Below, piece by piece: positions 10,254 to 20,595 of a stretch of 64,000 nucleotides of DNA (positions are counted from its first letter, which is position 1; the number at the start of each line of letters is the position of its first letter). The translations under genes and the position numbers were made by a program. This stretch comes from an uncultured Candidatus Saccharibacteria bacterium (GTDB lineage: Bacteria; Patescibacteriota; Minisyncoccia; Phycocordibacterales; UBA1006), in contig CAZROP010000001.1 in NCBI GenBank assembly GCA_964601935.1, positions 185,867 through 249,866 of the forward strand. The letters run 5' to 3'. The notes beneath the pieces were generated by a model that was given only the letters and a program-made list of their open reading frames with translations, was not told the DNA's origin and did no database searches.

Positions 10254-10949
10254 TTAGCAAAAGGTTTCTAGTAATCTATTCCAAAGCTTTTCAATGTCTT
10301 TCTCTTCATTCCAAATGTCTTCAATTTGTTTTCTCAATTCTTGGTGCTGCGGATAACCGATATCAGGATTACGTCTGAACGTATCTGGAAACTCGATATT
10401 GAGCAGAACAGTCAGCGCTTCTTTGAGGTCATTGTATCTTTGTTTGCCCATAATCTTTTCATGGATGACGCCGAATTTGTACCACGTATAAAAATGCCAC
10501 AACTCGTGCATTATTATCCTATTTGGTATAGGCGAAGATATCGTCACAAAAAAGCTATTATTCTCGATATTGTATGGGCAACGATTATTTACCGTCAAAA
10601 ATACCGTAATATCCTTTGGTAAAATAACACCAAAAATACCCTCAGCTTTTGCCTGGTAGTTATCTCGTACAGACAACCAGTCGCTTTCACATTTCGCCAA
10701 TTTCTCATCGACATTGATTGCATTATCTTTCAGATATTCTACTACGAAATCATTGATCTGTTTTTCTGTTGGACTATCTCCATATTCTGTTACCAGTTTT
10801 TCGTATACCTGTGTGGGTGTTTTTGAATTATTCGAACTAGCCCCATAGTTTATGAGACACCAAACATCTCTATCCTTTTCATAGACAAAATTAAGTTTCA
10901 AAGGATTGCCCTCGAAACTCACTCCTGACACTGTTTCGAGAAATTCCAT
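10254..10949 (-). CDS. putative zinc metallopeptidase (HExxH)
   Basis: 231 aa with IIMHELWHFYTW, an HExxH zinc-binding motif. Confidence 0.45.
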   Translation of the reverse strand: MEFLETVSGVSFEGNPLKLNFVYEKDRDVWCLINYGASSNNSKTPTQVYEKLVTEYGDSPTEKQINDFVVEYLKDNAINVDEKLAKCESDWLSVRDNYQAKAEGIFGVILPKDITVFLTVNNRCPYNIENNSFFVTISSPIPNRIIMHELWHFYTWYKFGVIHEKIMGKQRYNDLKEALTVLLNIEFPDTFRRNPDIGYPQHQELRKQIEDIWNEEKDIEKLWNRLLETFC

Positions 10950-10951
10950 AA

Positions 10952-11026
10952 TGGGTGACCACAGGGAATCGAACCCTGATCAGAGGTACCACAAACCTCT
11001 GTGTTAACCGTTACACCATGGCCACC
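10952..11026 (-). tRNA. tRNA-His (anticodon GUG) with encoded G-1
   Basis: minus-strand cloverleaf: G-1 plus GTGGCCA acceptor, anticodon loop TTGTGGT, T-arm CAGGGTTCGATTCCCTG, discriminator C. Confidence 0.8.
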
Positions 11027-11142
11027 ATGACTACCCATTACAGGCATCAACCAGCAATATACCATACCCCGTTAGGGATTACCATACATCTATCGGTCCA
11101 TACGACGCCTGCTATCGATAACGCCCAACCCAGGCTTGTTCT

Positions 11143-12363
11143 TTATTCTGAAGAATTACCTTTCGCTACAATACCCTCCTGGTATTCATAACAGTATTTC
11201 AGGACCATCACCCATGCAATAATAATTGCTACAAAAATCAATATAAATGGCGCACGTATCCCAAATAACGAGGTAATACCCAGTAACAATGGACAGGCTG
11301 CGGCAGCCAATGCTGTATAGGCAGAGTCTACTCCTGATATATATCCCAATCCGTACTTGGTACCATAACTACTAATCATACTGACGCGATTCGCCATAGT
11401 CAGCCCATTCCATAAACAAAACCAGGCTAATGCTATATACAGATACTCTCGTGGAACAAATGCTAGTAGTACCGCTGCTAACGCAAATAGCGGCATAACA
11501 TGCTGCAAAACACGCCTGGGACGGATAAACTGTGCAACATATCTGACCACCAACCCCTGAACAACAGCGATACATACACCAGTGAACACAAAGGTATATC
11601 CCACTTCACGAACAGTCATACCAAAGTTAGTGTACAGATACAGCGACCAGTAGGTAGTGAATACTCCGAAACCTGCCACATATAGTACGCTGACGAGAAT
11701 ATGCGGAATCAGTTCGCGCTCTAGTCTGGGCAGTAACTTTGGTTTTATAGATTTGGTTGTATCCAAATTGGTGTTGGTTTCCCGGAAGAACCCTATAGTG
11801 ACCACCACCGACAGGAACGATAGCATAGCTGCAAATACGAGCGTGGATGACTCCATGGATAGGCCAAAGAGGTTAATACCGGCTCCCCCTACCAATGGAC
11901 CAATGACCATTCCAATACCGAACAAGGCCCCGACAATACCCAGTGCCTGTGTGCGCTTTTCAGGCTCTGCAATATCCAGCAAGGCTGCGCGTGCCACTGC
12001 AATATTTCCCGCTGTTCCACCATCAATAATACGTCCTACCGCTAGCAATAGTAATGATGATGCCTGCAAACCTATAATACTAAGGCCGTATCCAAGCACT
12101 GATCCACAGAAGGCAACCACTAGTACCCACTTCCGCCCTAATCTATCTGACAAGGTACCTAGAAATGGCGCCGAGAAGAATGCGCCGATAGGATGAAAGC
12201 CAATGACCAGGCTATACCAGATAATGGTGTTAATTTGCGTGTTGGTGCTAATAACAGGCAGGGTCATGGACTGGAATATAGCGGGTAGTACCGGGATCAA
12301 AATACCCAGAGACATTACATCTAATAAGATAATACCCAACAATATGGCCTTGTTACGTGTCAT
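11143..12363 (-). CDS. MFS transporter
   Basis: 406 aa with ~12 TM helices; MFS signature GTLSDRLGRKWVL. Confidence 0.8.
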   Translation of the reverse strand: MTRNKAILLGIILLDVMSLGILIPVLPAIFQSMTLPVISTNTQINTIIWYSLVIGFHPIGAFFSAPFLGTLSDRLGRKWVLVVAFCGSVLGYGLSIIGLQASSLLLLAVGRIIDGGTAGNIAVARAALLDIAEPEKRTQALGIVGALFGIGMVIGPLVGGAGINLFGLSMESSTLVFAAMLSFLSVVVTIGFFRETNTNLDTTKSIKPKLLPRLERELIPHILVSVLYVAGFGVFTTYWSLYLYTNFGMTVREVGYTFVFTGVCIAVVQGLVVRYVAQFIRPRRVLQHVMPLFALAAVLLAFVPREYLYIALAWFCLWNGLTMANRVSMISSYGTKYGLGYISGVDSAYTALAAAACPLLLGITSLFGIRAPFILIFVAIIIAWVMVLKYCYEYQEGIVAKGNSSE

Positions 12364-12451
12364 AAATTATGCGAATAGTATACCATATGAGTGGTTTTAA
12401 TAATATGAGTATTGCCTAAAATATTGCCAAATAGCAGGTCAAATACTACAA

Positions 12452-13147
12452 TTGAATATCTGCCCAAGACCCTTCTCTAGCTCTATGAAAAATCAAATCA
12501 CACAAGTTCTACCCCGTAGCGCATGGGAAAAGGTCATAATTCAAGAAAACAACGAACCGCTGGTTGAAATGAAAGAAATTGATCGTCTAAAAATAGGATT
12601 GGTTTCAAAGTCGTATACACCTTCATTTTTCGTCCGCCAAACTGTTGCGGAAAAACTATATAGGGTTTCTGAGACGCTGCCTCAAGAAATGCATCTCGTT
12701 CTAATCGAAGGATACCGAACTATGCAAGCTCAGCAATCAGAGTGGAATAGAGTCTTCCAAGAATTGCAGCAAGAAAACCCAACATGGACACACGATCAAA
12801 TTGAATTTCAAGTACGACAATATGTTGCCAAACCCGCACCACTTGCAAATCATCACTGTGGCGGTGCTATTGATGTGACTCTTTGCTATAGTAACGGCGT
12901 GCTGCTGGATATGGGATCCTCCTATATTTCCGAAGCCCCGATCACGGATAAGGTTAGATTTCCTATGTTCTCTAGCGAGATTACAAAAGAGCAGCATATG
13001 AATCGTAAGATACTGAGAGACGCCATGGAGTCCGAAGACTTTATCTGGTATCCAGGAGAATGGTGGCACTACTGCTGGGGCGATAGAATGTGGGCAGTCT
13101 ACTCTAATCAAATAGAGTGTTATTACGGCCCCGCCTATTTAGAATAG
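12452..13147 (+). CDS. D-Ala-D-Ala dipeptidase, VanX-like (peptidase M15D)
   Basis: 231 aa; HHCGGAIDVTL and EWWHYCW match the VanX zinc-ligand motifs. Confidence 0.65.
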   Translation: MNICPRPFSSSMKNQITQVLPRSAWEKVIIQENNEPLVEMKEIDRLKIGLVSKSYTPSFFVRQTVAEKLYRVSETLPQEMHLVLIEGYRTMQAQQSEWNRVFQELQQENPTWTHDQIEFQVRQYVAKPAPLANHHCGGAIDVTLCYSNGVLLDMGSSYISEAPITDKVRFPMFSSEITKEQHMNRKILRDAMESEDFIWYPGEWWHYCWGDRMWAVYSNQIECYYGPAYLE

Positions 13148-13202
13148 TAACGTATCTAAAAAACCGACAACTTATCAGTCATCGGTTTTTGTTTTGTCGA
13201 TG

Positions 13203-13286
13203 TGCGCAAGAGAGGACTTGAACCTCCAAGGGATTGCTCCCGCTACCACCTCAAGGTAGTGCGTCTACCAGTTTCGCCACCTGCGC
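13203..13286 (-). tRNA. tRNA-Leu (anticodon GAG), type II with long variable arm
   Basis: minus-strand cloverleaf: acceptor GCGCAGG/CTTGCGC, anticodon loop TTGAGGT, variable arm CGGGAGCAATCCC, T-loop TTCAAGT. Confidence 0.8.
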
Positions 13287-13369
13287 AGGCGTGCACACTA
13301 TATCAGAAAGACAATCTCTATACAATAGAATACAAAAATACCCCCGATTTGGGAGTATTTTTCGAAGAA

Positions 13370-13801
13370 CTATTCTGCTGATTCTGCCAGAGCCAATTCT
13401 GCCTCTGCTGCTAATTCCTTTTTAGATTTGGTATCAGCAACAAATGATACGAAATTGCGCATTTTGCGACGAATTTCGCGAGCAACCTTGGTACGGATGT
13501 AGTACAGTTTGCTACGGCGTACTACAGAACGCTTTACGACAGTGAATGATTCAATAGTTGTAGAATAGAGAGGAAATACACGCTCTACTCCGACACCATG
13601 TGAAATCTTGCGAACCGTGATGGTTGCGCCTGCCTCGCGGCCATGTTTGCGAGCTATGATAATACCTTCGAACGCCTGAAGACGGAAATTACCTCCTTTT
13701 TCTGGTACTTTTACCTGTACGCGAACAGTATCGCCCACACGAATATCCAGAGAAGCGCGCGCCTGTACTGATTCTGGCAAGTGAGTAATACTCGATGTCA
13801 T
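13370..13801 (-). CDS. rplS: 50S ribosomal protein L19
   Basis: the [10 protein letters not shown]...FEGIIIARK...[19 protein letters not shown] signature is unmistakable; the true start may be internal to the 143-aa ORF. Confidence 0.88.
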   Translation of the reverse strand: MTSSITHLPESVQARASLDIRVGDTVRVQVKVPEKGGNFRLQAFEGIIIARKHGREAGATITVRKISHGVGVERVFPLYSTTIESFTVVKRSVVRRSKLYYIRTKVAREIRRKMRNFVSFVADTKSKKELAAEAELALAESAE

Positions 13802-14062
13802 ATAGGACCAAAACTACCACAGAACAGGCGGTAATGCAAGAAATCTACGATGAACCCTGGAACTAATCAAATACCCTCTTCGCAAGAAAAGTGAGAAGTT
13901 TTTATAGGAAAACTTGCATACTTTCGAGAAAAGCGGCTCGCTCCGGTGCAGGCGAGAATGTGTGGGTTTTGATTAGCTCCGGGGTTTAAATTCGTAATAA
14001 ACGAGAGTATTATCGACCAATACAATTCTATACTGTTACTGTCCTATGATATACTACGCATT

Positions 14063-14635
14063 ATGATAGGATTTATTGCTGGCACCGTCCATTTTGTGCA
14101 TCCACGGATCAAATTGATAACTATTCTGACTACTGCTGGTATCGGCTACAACGTGCATGTACCCAATCAGGAATTCTATACCATAGGTGACTATGTCGAG
14201 CTGTATACCATCACCATAGTCCGTGAGGACGTACTCGACCTATATGGATTCGCATCCACCGAGGAGCGCGAGTTATGCGAACTCCTGATGAGTGTCAGTG
14301 GTGTTGGGCCCAAAACAGCTCTGAATATTACCAATAGCACTACCCCATCCCTGCTGGTTGATGCATTACGGACCAAAAATAGCACATTTATAGCAACACT
14401 GCCCGGTATCGGCAAAAAAAGCGCAGAAAAAATGATTATAGAATTACATGACAAGGTAAAGAACCTATCGTTCGAAGCAACAACATCGACCGTTCATAAT
14501 GATTTAATAGAAACACTGCTAGCAATGGGATATCAGCCGCGCGTTATCACAGAAACCATATCAGCACATGTATTCACAACAGAAACCCTCCAGGATCGTA
14601 TTCGTGAAGCCTTGGGCCTACTACAGAGAAATTAG
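14063..14635 (+). CDS. ruvA: Holliday junction branch-migration protein RuvA
   Basis: 190 aa; OB-fold N-terminus GIGYNVHVP and two HhH motifs (VSGVGPKTAL, LPGIGKKSAEK). Confidence 0.85.
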   Translation: MIGFIAGTVHFVHPRIKLITILTTAGIGYNVHVPNQEFYTIGDYVELYTITIVREDVLDLYGFASTEERELCELLMSVSGVGPKTALNITNSTTPSLLVDALRTKNSTFIATLPGIGKKSAEKMIIELHDKVKNLSFEATTSTVHNDLIETLLAMGYQPRVITETISAHVFTTETLQDRIREALGLLQRN

Positions 14636-14677
14636 CGAGATATTGGGTGGAATATACACTCTAATCTGAATAGACTA

Positions 14678-14974
14678 TTATCTTTGGTCCCCAATGTATG
14701 TATATGCAACTCTTTCTTCCATATTTCTAGTAAAGACCGTGACCTCAATACGTTTATATGAATTACCTTCATATATATCAATACTCTCCAAGGTGTTATC
14801 ATCGACTTCAGCCAGATAGCCACATACAATATCATAAGGATTTCCAGTATGAACCAACGAGATATAATGATAGTTAGTTGTTGTTATAGGGCTTTTACGG
14901 ATAACACATTTCCATCCGCGGACAAAAACACTCTGAATGGGTGTAATTTTAATCTTTGAAGAATCCAAAATCAA
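14678..14974 (-). CDS. gamma-glutamylcyclotransferase-like (AIG2/GGCT fold) protein
   Basis: GYLAEVDDNTLESIDIYEGNSYKRIEVTV matches the GxLYxV...LDxxEG..YxR motif; the N-terminus is probably truncated by start calling. Confidence 0.4.
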   Translation of the reverse strand: MILDSSKIKITPIQSVFVRGWKCVIRKSPITTTNYHYISLVHTGNPYDIVCGYLAEVDDNTLESIDIYEGNSYKRIEVTVFTRNMEERVAYTYIGDQR

Positions 14975-15010
14975 ACTACCCTAGGTAAATAAGTACATAT
15001 AACCAAGAAG

Positions 15011-16270
15011 CTACTCCAACCATTTTAACGTACCAGCAATGTCGTGTACCACCTCTGTCAATTCGGTACGCATTTTACATGCATAACCACCAGATTCTAT
15101 AGATTTAGGACTTATCACAATACGATACGGCATACCCATCAAATCTGCATCAGCCAGCTTCTGCCCTGCTCCTGCGTCACGATCATCTAGAATATAATCG
15201 ATAGCCATACTACGAAGATTATCTGTCAAAAGAGCTGTGTATTCTAATACACTCTCGTCCTCTGACATAAGTGCAACAATATGCACTGTATAAGGCGCAA
15301 TAGCACGTGGCCATACTAGTCCTTTATCATCAGACAGCAGTTCAGCAATAGCGCCGACGAGGCGGCTGACACCGATACCGTAACAACCCGCTATTATTGA
15401 CTGTTTTTCACCTTTTTCATCCGTGTAGTAGACATTCAGAGCATCAGTAAATCTACTCTCCAAAGGAAAGATATTTCCCACCTCGATAGCACGCTCTTCG
15501 GTTAATTCATCTGCTTTCCATCCTAATTTTTCAAGTATCTCATCATTGTATACCTCTTTGTTGATAGCACGACCGCTCGGGTGTACATAGATAGTATCTT
15601 CTCCAACAGGAGATAGTGTTTGATATTCATCACTAAAGCGTGTAGTAAATATTCCACCATCTGCATAGGTACGAATAGTTTTATCACCAATACCCAGACG
15701 ATTATATACACGTGTATATGCTGCAGCGATTAATTCATACAATTCCTCGTGCTCTTCCTGAGTACGTGAGAATGAATACATGTCCTTCATAACAAACTCA
15801 CGTCCGCGCAAGATTCCACTTTTGGCACGTAATTCATTGCGAAACTTGTTTTGAATCTGATACACCGAAAATGGTAAATCACGGTACGATGATACGTAAC
15901 TACTGATTGCGTCTACAATAGGTTCTTCATGGGTCAGCCCCATTCCCAACTCTGTACCATTGTTCAGCGTTGTTTTGAACCAATTATCTACCTTTGTGTC
16001 GTCCCATCGATCGGTAAGCTCAAAGATATCCTTTGACAACAATGTCGTCATGAATAATTCCTGGCCACCCACAGCGTTCATCTCTTCGCGGATTATAGTT
16101 TTTATCTTTTCCAGCACACGAAATCCGAGCGGCAGAAAAGCATATACCCCAGCAAGAACCTTGTGAATATACCCAGCACGTATCAATAATTGAGCGTTTC
16201 TGGATTGTTCATCTGCGGGAACCTCTTTGCGGGTTTTTGTGAATAATTGGGACATGCGGATATGACTCAT
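15011..16270 (-). CDS. proS: prolyl-tRNA synthetase (short form lacking editing insertion)
   Basis: 419 aa; ProRS-like N-terminus MSQLFTKTRKEVPADEQSRNAQLLIRAGYI, class II core, and a C-terminal class IIa anticodon-binding domain. Confidence 0.8.
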   Translation of the reverse strand: MSHIRMSQLFTKTRKEVPADEQSRNAQLLIRAGYIHKVLAGVYAFLPLGFRVLEKIKTIIREEMNAVGGQELFMTTLLSKDIFELTDRWDDTKVDNWFKTTLNNGTELGMGLTHEEPIVDAISSYVSSYRDLPFSVYQIQNKFRNELRAKSGILRGREFVMKDMYSFSRTQEEHEELYELIAAAYTRVYNRLGIGDKTIRTYADGGIFTTRFSDEYQTLSPVGEDTIYVHPSGRAINKEVYNDEILEKLGWKADELTEERAIEVGNIFPLESRFTDALNVYYTDEKGEKQSIIAGCYGIGVSRLVGAIAELLSDDKGLVWPRAIAPYTVHIVALMSEDESVLEYTALLTDNLRSMAIDYILDDRDAGAGQKLADADLMGMPYRIVISPKSIESGGYACKMRTELTEVVHDIAGTLKWLE

Positions 16271-16323
16271 ATGCGTGCATTATAGCATATATATGAATTT
16301 CCCCCACTTTTACAAAAAAAGTA

Positions 16324-16932
16324 CTATCTGTTGTCTTTTATATGAGTACAGTATCCTTCCTGCTGTTTTTTGCCGATCTGTGACCCCATAATCATAACAA
16401 AACCTTTTTTGACCTGCTCCCAGCGGTATACTAAAATATCGCATCCATCAGCTGTATCGTACTGCACGATGGAATGATTTTCCTTATCAAGGAAATAATT
16501 TGCTGTTGAGCTCTTTGTAAGGGTTAGCACCGTGCTCTGCCCTACAGAATCCTCTAACTTCATATAGCGGCGAGCCTCTGTAATAGAGTTATTTTCTCCC
16601 TGCATGAACATAACAAACTGATCTTTGCGATCGGTAGCATATACCCCTTCTGGAACACCATCACCCGTAATATCGAATGTATGTACTGGAGTTAATTTGG
16701 ATAGCTTTATTTTTAACTCTTCTGCTCTGGTACCCACCTTATCTTTCTCCTTTTCTATAAAGAATGTATTTTCTGTTAGAGGAATAGGAAACTTTTCATT
16801 ATCACTAGGTCCATTAGTTTTTTTAGAAGAGAGGGCGTAAAATGCAGCAACACCCACTACAACAACCGCTACACATAGTAAAGCTATTTTTTTCATTTTA
16901 TCATCACTACTCCATTTCTTATTCTTCTTCAT
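16324..16932 (-). CDS. hypothetical membrane-anchored protein
   Basis: 202 aa with an N-terminal TM (IALLCVAVVVVGVAAFYAL). Confidence 0.45.
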   Translation of the reverse strand: MKKNKKWSSDDKMKKIALLCVAVVVVGVAAFYALSSKKTNGPSDNEKFPIPLTENTFFIEKEKDKVGTRAEELKIKLSKLTPVHTFDITGDGVPEGVYATDRKDQFVMFMQGENNSITEARRYMKLEDSVGQSTVLTLTKSSTANYFLDKENHSIVQYDTADGCDILVYRWEQVKKGFVMIMGSQIGKKQQEGYCTHIKDNR

Positions 16933-17066
16933 ATATAATTCTATTGTATAGAGATTGATGCACTATTCAATCATGTCTGTGGATAGAGGTTCTAAGTTTC
17001 TTGGTTATACCAGAATAAAAGCCTTACTGCATCGCAGTAAGGCTTTTCTTAAAGTATCTACATACA

Positions 17067-17927
17067 CTACAGCGTGCAGAGAACGTACAGATTGAATGCT
17101 TGTGGATCCAGTGTCCAGGTAGCGACTACCTTCAGATTCACCATATGAATCTTCCAATTACGCTGTATGCCTGCCTGGATCTTCCATATATTAGGACCTT
17201 CTTTTTGATAAAAGCATCCTACGTCGGCAAATATCCTGTAGTCTTTCAATCCCGGAGCTGGTGCAGATATGAACACTCCTACCTCGCTATTTTTCGCCGA
17301 AATAAGTGCGAAAAATCTCTTATCTTCATACTGCATCGCGTATCCCCAACCAATAACTGTATCAGGTCGTACCCAGCCTGCGAATGTAAACCGGTTCCAT
17401 ACTGATATGACGTTGCGACCGAACTGACCTGCAAGATGGTATTCGGGCTTGAAGTTACGCAAGTGTACTCCTCCTAACACCCTGCCCGCTGAGTATTGAT
17501 ATTGTGCTCGCAGACCGGGAGCTTTCCCGGTAATCCGACTTTGTGCGGTTACTTCGAATTGACCACTACCTGTTACAGGCAACGGTCGCAACAGTGCAGC
17601 CGCAGGTGATGGAATATCCCCCAGGCTAAATGTCCAATGTGCATTGGGTTTCCAGTTAATACCCAGACTCAACGCTGGTTGCACACCCGAATCCCAGTAA
17701 CCCCAACCAGCCAGCAACACGTTGCCACCTAGCGACACCTCAAATCCGATACCAATTCTAATATCCCCAACTGTGGAGTTTTTGGTAGTGTCGAGCCGGT
17801 ATTGGTTCCCACCCAGAATACCAGCATATATATCAAGCTTCTTCCCCAAGGTATCAATAACAGTCAGTTGCGCGATTGCTGTATACCCTAGGCATACGCA
17901 AAGAATAGAAGAAATGATACTTTTCAT
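17067..17927 (-). CDS. secreted beta-rich hypothetical protein
   Basis: 286 aa with a signal peptide MKSIISSILCVCLGYTAIAQ and alternating hydrophobic, Gly/Trp-rich beta-strand-like segments. Confidence 0.5.
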   Translation of the reverse strand: MKSIISSILCVCLGYTAIAQLTVIDTLGKKLDIYAGILGGNQYRLDTTKNSTVGDIRIGIGFEVSLGGNVLLAGWGYWDSGVQPALSLGINWKPNAHWTFSLGDIPSPAAALLRPLPVTGSGQFEVTAQSRITGKAPGLRAQYQYSAGRVLGGVHLRNFKPEYHLAGQFGRNVISVWNRFTFAGWVRPDTVIGWGYAMQYEDKRFFALISAKNSEVGVFISAPAPGLKDYRIFADVGCFYQKEGPNIWKIQAGIQRNWKIHMVNLKVVATWTLDPQAFNLYVLCTL

Positions 17928-19008
17928 TACACATGGTTTTTAATATTGAACAATCTTGCTTAAAAAACAAAACCGAACAAAACCAAGGAATAGGATCTAG
18001 AGCGCGAACGAATCCGCACACTATCCTATCGATGTAATGAAAAAATATTTTTCCTCTCCTCTCTGTATAGCTATGTGCCTCATACGGAACAACAATGTAT
18101 ACGTCATTGTAACAGTCTGGTGGCGGATGATAGATATCCGCAACAATTATCGTAGTAATATCCATACTGATTACTGTACTCATTTGTGCCGAAACACGTA
18201 GCGAACACACAACCGATAGAGATACCAACATCCCATGTCGCAGTATATGTCCTTGATTCAGAAGCAATTGAAATCCTTGGAGAATACCTAACCGTTTGGT
18301 TGGTAACTCCCTTACCAACAATCTCTCAGTTTTCGTCAGAGTACCTGTCAGCGATTTTTTGGTTCGTCGGACAAGTGTTTCTGCTACTATGCTGAAGTAA
18401 TGATCCTCAAACTTTCGTTTCAGGACCAGCCACAAGAACAAGGGCCAGAGTAATGTAACAAACAGAAGCTTGATAGGACTACCTGCGAATCGCCGGAAGT
18501 ATGGGTTTTCGTACACCCACAAACAGAACAATAATCCAACGAACGGCAATCCAAACAAGTACTGACGAAGCAACCAACTCAAGAGAGCTAACCATGCTGC
18601 TTTCCAATTAATCGGCTCCGCATCATCCAATTCTGGAAAATACTTGCTGCGTGCAGCATCAATGCTTGCCCGAGACGGGTTCTGTCTTTCCATAACTCGC
18701 ATGACTTCATTCTGTAGCAGTATAAATGCTGGTAGATTATCGGATCCCGTAAGATCATACCAGATCTGTTTCGCCGTATACAAATCGGCGAAATAACAAT
18801 CAGGGGTGTAGCTGTAGTATGCTGGTTCTGTGGCAGTAATCTTATGCAGTCTGCCCTTCCAGAACCTTTGAAGAGAGTCTATTGCAAACTGTGCGGTACC
18901 TGACGGTATCTCGTTTGCAGGTATATTGTATGTGTGCCAAAAACTCGTTGGCATACCAGTGTTCCAGATTAGCATCAGAAACACGGCAAGTTTGATAAAC
19001 TTTTTCAT
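17854..19008 (-). CDS. hypothetical polytopic membrane protein
   Basis: 384 aa with a signal peptide and several TMs; its 3' end overlaps the next gene by 74 nt. Confidence 0.45.
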   Translation of the reverse strand: MKKFIKLAVFLMLIWNTGMPTSFWHTYNIPANEIPSGTAQFAIDSLQRFWKGRLHKITATEPAYYSYTPDCYFADLYTAKQIWYDLTGSDNLPAFILLQNEVMRVMERQNPSRASIDAARSKYFPELDDAEPINWKAAWLALLSWLLRQYLFGLPFVGLLFCLWVYENPYFRRFAGSPIKLLFVTLLWPLFLWLVLKRKFEDHYFSIVAETLVRRTKKSLTGTLTKTERLLVRELPTKRLGILQGFQLLLNQGHILRHGMLVSLSVVCSLRVSAQMSTVISMDITTIIVADIYHPPPDCYNDVYIVVPYEAHSYTERRGKIFFHYIDRIVCGFVRALDPIPWFCSVLFFKQDCSILKTMCNEKYHFFYSLRMPRVYSNRATDCY

Positions 19009-19174
19009 GTTTCTGATGTTTTGAATTAAGAAATGTAATAATTATTGGGTTCATACTACGTCAGTCTGGATATATGTCAATAACTATCCTTATGAGTTTC
19101 GAGACTGTTATTAACCCAGCTCATCACAAAAAACACCCTATTCGGGTGGTTTTTGTTGTATTTAGTACTGCGTA

Positions 19175-19600
19175 TTATTCCGCGATCTTTACTCCCATCG
19201 AACGACAGGTTCCTTCTATCATCTTTATCACAGCATCGATGTCATTTGCATTAGAATACTGCATTTTCTCCTGTGCAATTTCTTCCATCTGCTTGCGAGT
19301 GATCTTACCTACGAATGATGAAGCATTTTTACCACTGCCTTTTGCTATGCCCAGTTTTGCTTTTATTAGCGCTGACATAGGAGAAGACTTGATAACATAA
19401 TCAAAAGAACGATCATCGTATGCCTGGAGAATAACATTCATGAGCATACCGTTTTTATCAGCGGTTTCTGCATTGAATTGCTTGATAAATTCACCGATAT
19501 TGACTCCCGCACCGCCCAATACTGGTCCCAAGGGAACTCCTGGAGCAGCCTTGCCACCTGGTACTACTAATTTGATTGTTTTTGTTGCTTTTTTTGCCAT
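19175..19600 (-). CDS. rplK: 50S ribosomal protein L11
   Basis: 141 aa with the L11 signature MAKKATKTIKLVVPGGKAAPGVPLGPVLG. Confidence 0.92.
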   Translation of the reverse strand: MAKKATKTIKLVVPGGKAAPGVPLGPVLGGAGVNIGEFIKQFNAETADKNGMLMNVILQAYDDRSFDYVIKSSPMSALIKAKLGIAKGSGKNASSFVGKITRKQMEEIAQEKMQYSNANDIDAVIKMIEGTCRSMGVKIAE

Positions 19601-19779
19601 AACACTGCTATATAATTACCTCTTCGTTGATTCGGCAGGTGAGAAGCATGGACCCTAGAAGAGGTTGTAAGGTACCATTCCTGACGAACTAAGATATTCA
19701 CTATAATGCCATATATTTAAATAAATGCAATATTTTAAACCTGCAATTACCGATGAGTATTGAAAATATTTTGATTATA

Positions 19780-20325
19780 TTATTTTTCTCGCCCACCCTT
19801 AAGAACCTCTGCGTACCATACAAGCTCCTTAACCATTAAAGCAATCTTTTCCTTGTATGAAAGGTCGATGATTTGACCATCAACATCAAACAAATTTTGA
19901 GCCACAGGAAACGGTAAAGAAGGGGAAATGGGGACCATACCCAAAGTGATAAGTGTCGGCAGGATAGCCTCCGCCATTCTTGAACCACCCCATTTCCCAC
20001 TTGATACACCAACAATAGCAACAGGCTTCTTTATATACTCCTCATCAAGAGAATCAATAAGTATTTTAAGCTCCCCAGGTATACCACGATTATATTCTGG
20101 ACTAACGATAATAAGTCCATCTGCTCTAGCCATAATATCTTGCCACGGTTTTACCATTTCGGAATATCCTACAGTTTTTCCAAACAGAAAATCTCGCACA
20201 TCAACAAATTGAGTTTCAAACGCGTTTAGATCGGATATTTCTTTGAAGACGTACTGAGCAACCTTTTCAGAAACGCGACCCTCACGCGCAGTACCAAGTA
20301 TTATGGGTATAAAAAGTTTCTTCAT
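19780..20325 (-). CDS. NAD(P)H-dependent FMN reductase (flavodoxin-like fold)
   Basis: 181 aa; motifs LIIVSPEYNRGIPGELK and AIVGVSSGKWGG are typical of the FMN_red family. Confidence 0.7.
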   Translation of the reverse strand: MKKLFIPIILGTAREGRVSEKVAQYVFKEISDLNAFETQFVDVRDFLFGKTVGYSEMVKPWQDIMARADGLIIVSPEYNRGIPGELKILIDSLDEEYIKKPVAIVGVSSGKWGGSRMAEAILPTLITLGMVPISPSLPFPVAQNLFDVDGQIIDLSYKEKIALMVKELVWYAEVLKGGREK

Positions 20326-20423
20326 AAATTAATAGGTATATTATAGCTTGGATGTAGAATTTAAGTAATAAGGTTACCCTACATTCGTAGACACTCGGGT
20401 TTGCTTTTAATTATCACTACTTT

Positions 20424-20443
20424 TGCGGAGATGGCGGGATTCG
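20424..20443. repeat. partial copy of tRNA-Ser 3' end (TGCGGAGATGGCGGGATTCG), direct repeat of 20594-20613
   Basis: a 19-20-nt exact duplicate of the T-loop/acceptor 3' half of the adjacent tRNA-Ser; the upstream part does not fold as a tRNA. Confidence 0.6.
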
Positions 20444-20595
20444 GTCACGCCGCATAGTCGCTCGATGCTCTCCTTCGATTCCTCAGGATCATATTCGCTC
20501 CTTGCAGCTCGACCCCTAATTCGAATCTGCCGTTTCCGTTTATCAAATATACTACAAATGCTCCTATGGGTCGCATTCATAGCATTTTGCTAATG

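Noticed and set aside
10955-11191. ORF overlapping tRNA-His (10955..11191 +) and ORF overlapping tRNA-Gly (56573..56812 -)
   Set aside because: They span tRNA genes and terminators; artefactual.
20424-20590. tmRNA or second tRNA-Ser gene upstream of tRNA-Ser
   Set aside because: Only the last ~20 nt match a tRNA; the T-stem is disrupted (GCGGCGTGACCGAATCCCGCC), no matching 5' acceptor strand or tag-peptide reading frame was found; interpreted as a 3'-end duplication.
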